This document shows, one piece after another, positions 8,668 through 17,426 of a DNA stretch of 59,354 nucleotides. Below the pieces are notes generated by a model. That model searched no databases, was not told where the DNA came from, and was given only the letters and a program-made list of their open reading frames with translations. Position 1 is the stretch's first letter. The number at the start of each line of letters is the position of its first letter. The DNA is taken from contig CAJTNW010000006.1 in the NCBI GenBank assembly GCA_910577795.1, positions 1-59,354 of the forward strand, in the 5' to 3' direction. The DNA is from an uncultured Christensenella sp. (GTDB lineage: Bacteria > Bacillota > Clostridia > Christensenellales > UBA3700). The position numbers and the translations under genes were made by a program.

Positions 8668-9567
8668 TTATCCAATAATATCCTTAGTTACAAGCAGACC
8701 TTTACCACTAGTAAAAGTTCCACCATTCATTACATAATCTTTTGCCGCAACTTGCAATTTTGTTTTTGCGTTAAATTTAGTCAAATCACAATAACGTCCG
8801 GCTTTCTTTTTGTTTTTTGCAAATGCTTTTTCATCAACAACAATGTCAAATATCCAGCGGAAGTGTTGGTCAAAACCATCACTTTCCCCAACAATGTTAA
8901 ACATATTAGCAAACTTTGCAATGTTACTATCCTTATCAATAAAATTAATGTTTTTAGGACTTAGTAGCCAACTATTGCACATCATAACATCTGTTTGAAT
9001 GTTTTTAAATATATCTCCCAAAGTATCCACTGCAAGAGTAATTGATTTTTTGCAACTAACACTATCTAATTTTGCACCTCTTGGAATATGAATATTGTAA
9101 CATAAATCACCATATTTAATAGTTCTGCCAGCAACTTCAGAAGATTTTTCAAAATAATAGTTGCTTATTTGATATTGTAATCTGCCAATTTTAAAAATTT
9201 CACAATTAACATGCAAATACAACCAATTTATTTCTGTAAGTCCAATTTCACCATTATGGTGATTTCTATAATCTTCACCCCATATTTTAATGTCGGACAT
9301 AGTATCGTAAAAGACACTTTCACTAAGTCCCATTCTAATAAATTTGTCATAAGTAGGTTTTAAAGACAATGCAAGTGTAGAAAGAATAAAAAGTGGAGGC
9401 ATTCCTTGTAGTTTTGTCCATTTTCCTTCAAGCAAAAGTTCGCTATATTTTACCAACTTTTTATATTCCTCAAAAATTTCTTTTTTAACTGCGTCAAGTA
9501 CGATATCGTCATTGTAAATTTGTTTAAATAACACCCAATTTGCTCTGATATAATCGTTATTTTCCAT
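8668..9567 (-). CDS. Uncharacterized protein, DUF5596 / GNAT-like C-terminal domain family (putative acyltransferase)
   Basis: 299 aa from MENNDYIRANW (AGGAG RBS). C-terminal CNSWLLSP...NIAKFANMF resembles the GNAT_C family as I remember it. Family call not verified. Confidence 0.45.
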   Translation of the reverse strand: MENNDYIRANWVLFKQIYNDDIVLDAVKKEIFEEYKKLVKYSELLLEGKWTKLQGMPPLFILSTLALSLKPTYDKFIRMGLSESVFYDTMSDIKIWGEDYRNHHNGEIGLTEINWLYLHVNCEIFKIGRLQYQISNYYFEKSSEVAGRTIKYGDLCYNIHIPRGAKLDSVSCKKSITLAVDTLGDIFKNIQTDVMMCNSWLLSPKNINFIDKDSNIAKFANMFNIVGESDGFDQHFRWIFDIVVDEKAFAKNKKKAGRYCDLTKFNAKTKLQVAAKDYVMNGGTFTSGKGLLVTKDIIG

Positions 9568-9759
9568 ACTTTGCTCCTTTTTAAATCTATTATGTTTATA
9601 TTTTATCATACTTTATGGTTAATTTCAACCATAAATTTACCTTTTACTACAAAATACGCATTTATTGCAAAAATTGCACACAAAATAACAACTTTTTGCA
9701 AAAAAACATTATATTTTTAATATAAAAACATATTTTTTAACAAACTTTTATTTTTTTAT

Positions 9760-9792
9760 ATAAAAAATATGCCTTAGTTACCTAAGACATAT
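9760..9792 (-). terminator. Intrinsic terminator after the lipoprotein gene 9814-10791
   Basis: Stem ATATGTCTTAG / CTAAGGCATAT (one mismatch), followed by a T-run on the minus strand. Confidence 0.65.
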
Positions 9793-9813
9793 TTTATAAT
9801 ACATTTTTATATT

Positions 9814-10791
9814 TTATGCAAAAGCCAAAAATTCTTTTATGCTATAACCACCAAAGAAACCTTTTTTTAACCATACAGAAACAGTATCACCAACCTCTGC
9901 ATCTTCTATTAAAGTATAGCCAGTTACTTTATTGTTTAACTTATAATCTTTACCATCAATAGTAATAGTATAAACTGTGCTACCTTTTACTTCTTCAATT
10001 TTACTAATTTTGCCTTCTTTAGTCTCTAAAAATTTAGTTAAAGCATCTTTAGCACCGCTAGACAAAGTTGCCTTATCATTTAAATCATATCTTAATGCAC
10101 CAACAACCTCTTCGTCATCGTTTATTTGTTCATACAATAATTCACCAGATTTAATTTTGTAAGTTTCAGTGTAGCCATTTTCTGTTTTAGCATTTGATGT
10201 ATAAACACCACCCTTGCCTTTTGTAAATTTATCAGCAAAAGTTTCTGCAGTTTCAGTATTTTTCTTTGAAATAGTATCTATCATATATTTTAAATAAATA
10301 TATTGATTATCATTTGCCTCAACATTTTCTTTACTATCTTGTTTTGCAAGCCACTTACCTTTTTTAACTATTTTGTCAGAAGTTTCACTTTCTTTTTCCC
10401 AAACTAGGTTGTAAGAATAAATATTATACTTACTGCCATCTTTAGTTAACTCATAAATCATAGCAGCAGTTGGTACGATATCATCAGTTTTAGCATCTTT
10501 ACCATTTTTATCTTTTTCGTTAATAATCTCTATTCTTTTAGCCATTAAAATATTGCCACTAGAGATATAAGTTGTTTCAATAGTAGTTGTACCTGCAACT
10601 TCTTTATAAACACCTTCACTTTCTTCTTTAACAACCTTATCCATGGTCTCTATTGTAGTAACACTTTTATTTTTACTCTCATTCCATTTAGTCATATAGT
10701 CATTTGGCTTGCTTGGTGTACAACCAATAAGCAGTACAGAACAAGTTATTACGATTAAAGCAACTGCCAAAATTAATTTTAATTTTTTCAT
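9814..10791 (-). CDS. Hypothetical lipoprotein
   Basis: MKKLKLILAVALIVITCSVLLIGC: signal peptide plus lipobox LIGC. GGAGG RBS. No recognizable catalytic motif. Confidence 0.7.
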   Translation of the reverse strand: MKKLKLILAVALIVITCSVLLIGCTPSKPNDYMTKWNESKNKSVTTIETMDKVVKEESEGVYKEVAGTTTIETTYISSGNILMAKRIEIINEKDKNGKDAKTDDIVPTAAMIYELTKDGSKYNIYSYNLVWEKESETSDKIVKKGKWLAKQDSKENVEANDNQYIYLKYMIDTISKKNTETAETFADKFTKGKGGVYTSNAKTENGYTETYKIKSGELLYEQINDDEEVVGALRYDLNDKATLSSGAKDALTKFLETKEGKISKIEEVKGSTVYTITIDGKDYKLNNKVTGYTLIEDAEVGDTVSVWLKKGFFGGYSIKEFLAFA

Positions 10792-10879
10792 CAATATTTT
10801 CCTCCAACCCAAAAGTCTATCTACATTATATACCCTTTTTTATTATTTTTATTAAAAATATTAAAACTTTAAAATAAAT

Positions 10880-10918
10880 TTACATAAATTACATAAAGTG
10901 CTTAAAATTTTACATAAA
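10880..10918 (+). repeat. Three direct copies of TTACATAAA in the spacer between the two lipoprotein genes
   Basis: TTACATAAA at 10880, 10889 (tandem) and 10910. An adjacent palindrome GCTACTAatttAGTAGC lies at about 10927-10943. Confidence 0.6.
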
Positions 10919-11017
10919 TAATTAATCGCTACTAATTTAGTAGCAAATAATTGGCTAATAATTTGTATAATACTAAGGACAAAACAAGTAAACTGATATT
11001 AAAGTTTTTTATTAAAA

Positions 11018-11055
11018 ACAAAAAACACCACTTGCAAGCAAGAAGTGTTTTTTAT
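11018..11055. terminator. Bidirectional intrinsic terminator after the lipoprotein gene 11072-11653
   Basis: AACAC-ca-CTTGC-aa-GCAAG-aa-GTGTT hairpin, flanked by A5 and T6 runs. Confidence 0.7.
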
Positions 11056-11071
11056 ATTTTTAAAAAGTTAA

Positions 11072-11653
11072 TTATTTTTTCAAAGCCTCTTTAGCCTCTT
11101 TTGGAATACTAATTTTGAAATTTAAAACATATTTAGTACTTAATTCTCCTTCCAAACCAATTACCTTAACTTTGGTTAACATTTCATTACCTTCAATTTT
11201 GAATTCCATACCTGCTACATCTGCCAATTTACTTTTTAGTTTCCACCAACCTTCTTTATCTTTTTCAAAATTTTCTTCAAAATTTTCGCTAATTGCTTTA
11301 AGTTGTTCTGGTGTTTCCTCTGATGTCATAGACTCTTTTAATTCTTTATAGTCGTTATCAACTTTGTCAATGGCAATGCTTTCTGCAGTCCAATTACCTG
11401 CAATGCAAATATAAATGTTTAACTTATCTTTGGTTTCTTCATAGATAGTTTGATTTTTATCATTAACTTTAACGATAATTTTATTACCATCTATTCCGGT
11501 TTCTGCTTCACCAGTAACTATACCTTTGTGGTCGCTTTTAATAAAAGCGGCTAAAAATTTGTCAGGTCTATTAGGTACACAACCAGCAAGACAAGCACAT
11601 GCTGTGATAGCAACTAGTATCATTGCTACAACTAAAACTAACTTCTTTTTCAT
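11072..11653 (-). CDS. Hypothetical lipoprotein
   Basis: MKKKLVLVVAMILVAITACACLAGC: signal peptide plus lipobox LAGC. GGAGGC RBS. 193 aa. Confidence 0.7.
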   Translation of the reverse strand: MKKKLVLVVAMILVAITACACLAGCVPNRPDKFLAAFIKSDHKGIVTGEAETGIDGNKIIVKVNDKNQTIYEETKDKLNIYICIAGNWTAESIAIDKVDNDYKELKESMTSEETPEQLKAISENFEENFEKDKEGWWKLKSKLADVAGMEFKIEGNEMLTKVKVIGLEGELSTKYVLNFKISIPKEAKEALKK

Positions 11654-11814
11654 TTTTTGCCTCCATAAATAAAATATATTTATACATACATTATATATCA
11701 TTAATGACTATTTGGGTAAAAATTTTGCAAATTTTTGACAATTTTTTAATACAATTTTACAAACCTCAAAACTTCTTACACATTTTAAAAATTTTATGTG
11801 TAAAGCATAAAATA

Positions 11815-12633
11815 TTATAGTAATTTTTCGGCTAATAAGATAAAATCATTAACATTTAAAACCTCTCCTCTAATACGAGTATCCATTCCTAAATTTGTCA
11901 ATGTTTCTTCTATCTTATCCCTTGTAAAACCTAGTGTCATTAGGTTATTTACTAGTGTTTTTCGTCTCATTGCAAATGCTGCTTTAATAATTTGTTTAAC
12001 CTTATTTTTATCGCAACTATATTTGTTATCATCAATATCTAGTCTAATAATGCTACTATCAACTTTTGGGACAGGATAAAAATTATTTTTATCAACTATT
12101 CTTGTAATTTTTGCTGTAGAATATAAATCTACTGCTGCAGTTATTGCACCATAGTCGCTGCTTCCTGCTTTAGAGGCTAATCTTTCTGCAACTTCTTTTT
12201 GCACCATAATTGTCAAAGATATTGGCCTAAAATCACATTCCAAAAACCTCATAATAATAGGTGTAGTAATATAATAAGGCAAGTTTGCAACTACTTTATA
12301 ATTGCCACAAGTTAAATCTTTTATTTCCTTATCACTTACTTTCATAATGTCTTTAAATATAACTTGCACATTTTGTAAGTCATTTAAAGTAACATCTAAG
12401 ATTTCTTTTAAATTTCTATCAATTTCAAAGGATATAACTTTTTTTGCGACTTTTGCAATTGCTCTTGTAAGTGTTCCTGCACCAGCGCCAATTTCCACCA
12501 CCACATCATCATTTGTAATGCCACTATCTGCAACCATAGCATCAAGCAAATTAGTATCTGTAATAAAATTTTGTCCGAATTGTTTGTTAAATCTAAAGTT
12601 TTTCTCTTTTAAAATTTCTGCTACTTTATTCAT
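11815..12633 (-). CDS. rsmA: 16S rRNA (adenine1518-N6/adenine1519-N6)-dimethyltransferase RsmA/KsgA
   Basis: 272 aa, FGQNFITD...VVEIGAGAGTLT...ANLPYYITTPI, the canonical KsgA motifs. Confidence 0.95.
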   Translation of the reverse strand: MNKVAEILKEKNFRFNKQFGQNFITDTNLLDAMVADSGITNDDVVVEIGAGAGTLTRAIAKVAKKVISFEIDRNLKEILDVTLNDLQNVQVIFKDIMKVSDKEIKDLTCGNYKVVANLPYYITTPIIMRFLECDFRPISLTIMVQKEVAERLASKAGSSDYGAITAAVDLYSTAKITRIVDKNNFYPVPKVDSSIIRLDIDDNKYSCDKNKVKQIIKAAFAMRRKTLVNNLMTLGFTRDKIEETLTNLGMDTRIRGEVLNVNDFILLAEKLL

Positions 12634-13226
12634 TTAATTTCCTCACGAACTCTAAACTTCACACCTACCAACAATGCTATTTGTCTTGCCTCTTCTATCT
12701 CTTTTGCACTTATACAGTCAACCACACTAAATGTTGTATCTACACCTTGCTCAAGACACTTTTTTGCAAAATCTTGCAATTCAAAAAATGCTTTTTCCCC
12801 ATAAATAGAATGGCAATCTTCGTCATACCTTTTACTATTGCCGTTATTTAAACTAATGTTTACTTTATCAATGTATTTTGCAATTTCTTCAGTAATATCA
12901 TAGCCATTAATCAATATACCTTGACCATTGGTATTCATTCTAGTACTTTTACCTATCAAATGTCCATATTCTGCAACTTGTTTAATAACATTCCATTTAT
13001 AGGTCGGCTCACCAAATCCACAAAAGATAATTTCGTCAAATGAAGATAAATCATAACTTTTAAGACTTTGTATAATCTCGTCAGCAGTAGGCTCTTTATC
13101 TAACCACAAATAATACCCACCTACACCTTGTATTCTGTTTCTTTCACAAAAGGTGCAGTCGTTACTGCATTTATTTGTTAGGTTAATATAAATCCCTCGC
13201 TCAATTTTATAAGTAATTGTATCCAT
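12630..13226 (-). CDS. Small radical SAM protein (TatD-associated radical SAM family)
   Basis: 198 aa with N-terminal CSNDCTFC (CX3CX2C). Sits between tatD and rsmA. Its stop overlaps the rsmA start (ATGA). Confidence 0.75.
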   Translation of the reverse strand: MDTITYKIERGIYINLTNKCSNDCTFCERNRIQGVGGYYLWLDKEPTADEIIQSLKSYDLSSFDEIIFCGFGEPTYKWNVIKQVAEYGHLIGKSTRMNTNGQGILINGYDITEEIAKYIDKVNISLNNGNSKRYDEDCHSIYGEKAFFELQDFAKKCLEQGVDTTFSVVDCISAKEIEEARQIALLVGVKFRVREEIK

Positions 13227-13256
13227 CTTTATCCTTTAATATTGAAAACTTTTGTC

Positions 13257-14021
13257 TTATTTTATACGATAAAACCTTTTTGTATTTTGATAAGTTAAAT
13301 TTGCAACTTCTTCATAAGATATACCCAAATCCTGAGCCATTCTTTCTGCAATATACTTTAAATAATTAGGGTTATTTGTTTTGCCTCTAAATGGTACAGG
13401 TGTTAAATATGGGCTATCTGTTTCCAGCAAAAGCCTATCTTTTTTTACCGCCCTAATAACCTCTGCACGATTATTGTTTTTAAAAGTAATACTACCACCA
13501 AAAGCATAGTATGGGTCTAAAAAAGCAAACCTATCTATCATTTCCTTGCTACCAGAATAACAATGTAAAAGCACACCATTTTTAATATAATCTTTGTACT
13601 TGGTAAATACACTTTCCATATCTTGATAAGCATCTCTTAAATGAATTACTACTGGCAATTGTAAGGTGTCCGCAAGCAATATTTGTTTAATTAATAGCGA
13701 TTTTTGAGCGGTTTTATCATAATCATAATGATAATCCAAACCTATTTCACCAATTGCAACAACCTTATCATTTTGTGCAAGCAACCTTAATTCTTCTATA
13801 TCATTATCTGTTGCTCTTTCTGCAAACTCTGGGTGCAAACCAACTGTTGCATAAATATTGTCATACTTTTCTGCAAGCAAAACTGCACCTTTAGAAGATG
13901 ACATATCTGCACCTATCTCTATACTTAACTCAATGTCATTTATAGGGTATTGTGCCAATATTTCAGGTATACTTTCTACTAACCTTTCATCAAGCAAATG
14001 TGCATGAGAATCAATTAGCAT
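13257..14021 (-). CDS. tatD: TatD family metal-dependent hydrolase/DNase (YabD-like)
   Basis: 254 aa, MLIDSHAHL...GEIGLDYHY...VVIHLRDA...LHCYSG...ETDSPYL, the TatD motifs. Confidence 0.92.
   Translation of the reverse strand: MLIDSHAHLLDERLVESIPEILAQYPINDIELSIEIGADMSSSKGAVLLAEKYDNIYATVGLHPEFAERATDNDIEELRLLAQNDKVVAIGEIGLDYHYDYDKTAQKSLLIKQILLADTLQLPVVIHLRDAYQDMESVFTKYKDYIKNGVLLHCYSGSKEMIDRFAFLDPYYAFGGSITFKNNNRAEVIRAVKKDRLLLETDSPYLTPVPFRGKTNNPNYLKYIAERMAQDLGISYEEVANLTYQNTKRFYRIK
13698..13707 (+). repeat. Core copy of the polar motif CGATTTTTGA inside tatD
   Basis: Exact 10-mer. It encodes QKS on the minus strand, a different frame from the SKI copies. Confidence 0.75.
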
Positions 14022-14023
14022 AA

Positions 14024-15991
14024 TTATCTAACCTCACTGCCTGCTTTAATATTTGTAATTGGTGCAACAATACTTAAATTATCCTCGTCATCACTAGCAC
14101 AAAGTATCATACCCTCGCTTAAAATACCACGTAATTTTACTGGTTTTAAATTGCTTACAACTACAATACTTTTGCCCACCATATCTTCTGGTGTGTACCA
14201 TTTTGCAATGCCACTTACTATTGTTCTTGTTTTTTCCTCACCTAAATCTACAGTAAGTTTTAATAATTTATCTGCCTTTTCTACTTTTTCTGCTGCAACA
14301 ACTTTGCCAACCTTTAATGCAATTTTTGCAAAATAGTCTATAGTTATTTCAGAAATGTTTACAATATTTTCTTGCACTTTTTTATCTTCCTTTTTTTCTT
14401 GTTTTGCGGCTTTTTGATTTTCCTGTGCTATTTTGTCTAGTTCTTTTAATTCTTTTTCAATATCTATTCTTTTAAACAAAGCCTCACCTTTTGAAACTTT
14501 TAAACCATCAATTTTAGCACCAAACTTTTTAAGTGATTCAAAAGTCATAAGTGATTTATCTGTTATACCTAATTTTTCAAATATTTTTACAGGACAACCA
14601 GTTAAAAATGTTTGCAATAAAACATTGGAAAATCTTATGCTCTCACACAAATTAAACATAACAGTTGCAAGCATATTGCGTTTTGACTCATCTTTTGCAA
14701 GTAGCCAAGGACAAGTCTCGTCAATGTACTTATTAGCACGTCTTATAATTGCCCAAATATTTTCTATAGCCTCTGGGATTAAAAGACTATCCACATTTTT
14801 AGTTATTTTATCCAATGCAGAGGTTGCAACTTCAATTAAACTACTATCAAACTCAGTTTTAGCACTAGGTGCTGGAATTACTCCACCAAAATATTGCTCT
14901 ACCATTGCAGTAGTTCTTGAAACTAAGTTGCCCAAATCATTAACCAAATCACTATTTATTCTTGATAAAAAGGCTTTGTTTGAATACATACCATCTTGTC
15001 CAAATGGTATTTCTCTTAAAAGATAATATCTTACTGCATCAACAGAATATCTTTCGCTAAGCAAGAATGGGTCAATAATGTTGCCTTTGCTCTTACTAAT
15101 TTTATCACTATCAAGCATTAACCAACCATGACCATATACTTTTTTAGGAAGTGGCAAGTCTAGTGCCATTAAAATTGCAGGCCAAATTATGCTATGAAAA
15201 CGTACAATTTCCTTACCTATCATGTGCAAATCAGCAGGCCAATATTTTTTAAACAACTCGTCATTATCTTGCTCGTAACCTAAAGCAGTAATATAGTTAG
15301 TTAGTGCATCTATCCAAACATAAACTACATGTTTTGGGTCAAACGGCACTTGAACACCCCATTGGAAAGATGTTCTTGATACGCACAAATCTTGCAAACC
15401 CGGTTTTAAAAAGTTGTTTATCATTTCCTTTTGTCTTGTAGATGGTTGTAAAAAATCAGGATTTTCTTCCAATAACTTTATTAGCCTATCTTGATATTTT
15501 GACAAACGGAAAAAGTAACTTTCCTCTTTCATCAACTCTACTGGTCTACCGCAGTCTGGGCATTTTCCATCAACAAGTTGAGATTCTGTCCAAAAAGATT
15601 CACATGGGGTGCAATATAACCCCTCATACGAACTTTTATAAATATCACCTTGCTCATACAATTTTGTAAATATTTTTTGTACTGCTTGTTTATGATAATC
15701 ATCAGTTGTACGAATAAATTTATCATAACTTATATCAAGTAATTTCCATAAGTCTTTTAAATCTCCAACAACTTTATCAATATATTCTTTAGTAGGAACA
15801 TTATGTTCTGCCGCTACTTTTTCTATCTTTTGTCCGTGCTCATCTGTTCCAGTCAAATAAAACACATCTTTACCTTGCATTCGTTTAAATCTTGCAATTG
15901 CATCGCAAATTACTGTTGTGTAACAAGTTCCTAAATGCCATTTACCGCTTGGGTAGTAAATAGGAGTGGTAATATAAAATTTATCTGACAT
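14024..15991 (-). CDS. metG: Methionine--tRNA ligase with C-terminal tRNA-binding (EMAP/Trbp111-like) domain
   Basis: MSDKFYITTPIYYPSGKWHLG (HIGH-type), KISKSKGN (KMSKS), zinc knuckle CPDCG. ATG at 15991 is preceded by AGGAGA at good spacing. Confidence 0.95.
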   Translation of the reverse strand: MSDKFYITTPIYYPSGKWHLGTCYTTVICDAIARFKRMQGKDVFYLTGTDEHGQKIEKVAAEHNVPTKEYIDKVVGDLKDLWKLLDISYDKFIRTTDDYHKQAVQKIFTKLYEQGDIYKSSYEGLYCTPCESFWTESQLVDGKCPDCGRPVELMKEESYFFRLSKYQDRLIKLLEENPDFLQPSTRQKEMINNFLKPGLQDLCVSRTSFQWGVQVPFDPKHVVYVWIDALTNYITALGYEQDNDELFKKYWPADLHMIGKEIVRFHSIIWPAILMALDLPLPKKVYGHGWLMLDSDKISKSKGNIIDPFLLSERYSVDAVRYYLLREIPFGQDGMYSNKAFLSRINSDLVNDLGNLVSRTTAMVEQYFGGVIPAPSAKTEFDSSLIEVATSALDKITKNVDSLLIPEAIENIWAIIRRANKYIDETCPWLLAKDESKRNMLATVMFNLCESIRFSNVLLQTFLTGCPVKIFEKLGITDKSLMTFESLKKFGAKIDGLKVSKGEALFKRIDIEKELKELDKIAQENQKAAKQEKKEDKKVQENIVNISEITIDYFAKIALKVGKVVAAEKVEKADKLLKLTVDLGEEKTRTIVSGIAKWYTPEDMVGKSIVVVSNLKPVKLRGILSEGMILCASDDEDNLSIVAPITNIKAGSEVR

Positions 15992-16183
15992 ATATATCTC
16001 CTTTGTCATACAAATGAGTATGACTATTGTAATCTTACTATTGATTTTTTAATAAACTTTAAATTTATATTAATACTTTTATTATTTTAACACCATATTA
16101 AAAAAAAGTAAATAGTTTTAAGCCTTTTTAACTATTTTTTAACCTTTTAGAATACAAGCCTTGCTGTTATCATACACTTTATT

Positions 16184-16750
16184 ATGAACTTTATATTTTT
16201 CATTATGACAACCAGCAGTATTGCTCTTATGATATATAAATCACCAGAATTAGTGCTATCATCTATGATAAATGGCGCTACTTCTTCTATTACACTTGCT
16301 ATTAAATTACTTGCTATTTATAGTGTTTGGATAGCAATAATGCGAATAATTGAAAAAAGCGGTTTGGATAAAAAAATAGCAAAACTTTTGTCCCCAGTAG
16401 TAAAAAGACTTTTTAAGGGGGAATCCGAAGAGGCAACTGCCAGTATAAGTATGAACTTTTCTGCAAATATGCTTGGAATAGGTTCGGTTGCAACGCCATT
16501 GGGTATACAAGCAATTGAAAGAATGGATAAAGGCAGTTTATATGCAAGTCACAATATAATACTTTTTGTTGTAATAAATTGCACAAGTTTGGAACTTCTG
16601 CCCTCCACAATATTAGGAATGAGGGCAAGTATGGGAAGTGTTAATCCTGCAGATATTATATTGCCTACTTTATTATCATCACTTATTTCCACTATTTGCG
16701 GTATATGCCTTTGTATGCTTGCACGAAAATTTAGCAAAGAAAAGGTGTAA
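16184..16750 (+). CDS. spmA: Spore maturation protein A (nucleoside-recognition/Gate domain membrane protein)
   Basis: 188-aa membrane ORF immediately followed by an spmB-like ORF. The sequence resembles SpmA. Confidence 0.75.
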   Translation: MNFIFFIMTTSSIALMIYKSPELVLSSMINGATSSITLAIKLLAIYSVWIAIMRIIEKSGLDKKIAKLLSPVVKRLFKGESEEATASISMNFSANMLGIGSVATPLGIQAIERMDKGSLYASHNIILFVVINCTSLELLPSTILGMRASMGSVNPADIILPTLLSSLISTICGICLCMLARKFSKEKV

Positions 16751-16752
16751 TT

Positions 16753-17259
16753 ATGGCAAATTATATTATTCCTGTTTTATTTATTACAATTTTTGTTTAT
16801 GCAATTATAAAAAAAATACCGCTTTATACTTGTTTCACGGACGGCATAAAATCCGCTTTAAAACTAATTGGGGATATTTTTCCTTTTATAACAGCAATTT
16901 TTATAGCGGTAGAACTTTTAAATGTAAGCGGACTATCTGACATTTTGACTAATATGTTAGCACCAGTTTTTGGATTTTTAGGAATACCTAAGGAACTAAC
17001 AAAACTTATGATTTTGCGTCCATTAAGTGGCAATGGCAGTCTTGCATTACTTGACGAAATATATCTAATGTACGGAGTAGACTCTTATATCGCAAGATGT
17101 GGCTCAATTATTGCAGGCGCTGCAGAAACAATTTTTTATATAACTGCTGTATATTTTTCTACCACAAAAATAACTAAATTAAGATATGCTATTCCAGTAT
17201 CAATATTCAGCACAATAATTGGCGCAATTGTAGGCTGCCTGTTATGCAAAATCATTTAA
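16753..17259 (+). CDS. spmB: Spore maturation protein B
   Basis: 168-aa membrane ORF, ...LRPLSGNGSLALL.., 2 nt after spmA. Confidence 0.75.
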   Translation: MANYIIPVLFITIFVYAIIKKIPLYTCFTDGIKSALKLIGDIFPFITAIFIAVELLNVSGLSDILTNMLAPVFGFLGIPKELTKLMILRPLSGNGSLALLDEIYLMYGVDSYIARCGSIIAGAAETIFYITAVYFSTTKITKLRYAIPVSIFSTIIGAIVGCLLCKII

Positions 17260-17350
17260 GCATAAAATAATTTATTATTATTTAAATTGTTAAAATGGCA
17301 TACCTATCTGCAAGCAAAAAAGTATTGTAATACATTTAGTGTAATAGTAA

Positions 17351-17380
17351 AAAAAATCACCTATAACAAGGTGATTTTTT
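17351..17380. terminator. Bidirectional terminator between spmB (+) and the Zn-ribbon membrane gene (-)
   Basis: AATCACCT-ataaca-AGGTGATT, flanked by A6 and T6 runs. Confidence 0.8.
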
Positions 17381-17385
17381 AATTT

Positions 17386-17404
17386 TAGTACCGATTTTTG
17401 ATAA
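17386..17404 (+). repeat. Copy of the polar motif (TAGTACCGATTTTTGATAA), intergenic
   Basis: The core CGATTTTTGA is exact at 17392-17401, with two mismatches to the 19-nt consensus. Confidence 0.8.
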
Positions 17405-17426
17405 TATATTTTAATTTTACATGCAA

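Noticed and set aside
14433-15026. 197-aa ORF antisense to metG. Similar long antisense ORFs occur at 2674-3039 (thiC), 8378-8737 (thiE), 19722-20084 (UPF0210), 36857-37255 (rplF/rplR), 39497-39862 (rpsQ/rpmC), 48950-49465 (aminopeptidase) and 53415-53804 (ABC).
   Set aside because: All are embedded opposite strongly conserved genes, are Ser/Leu/Ile/Phe-rich, and lack an RBS. Stop-poor antisense frames are expected from codon bias, so these are treated as shadow ORFs.
15992-16183. Expected T-box or attenuator leaders upstream of metG, and upstream of leuA at 26704-26882
   Set aside because: Neither region contains T-box signatures (AGAGA, specifier loop, conserved T-box 14-mer), a leader peptide, or a terminator/antiterminator pair. 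The leuA leader is only about 40 nt.
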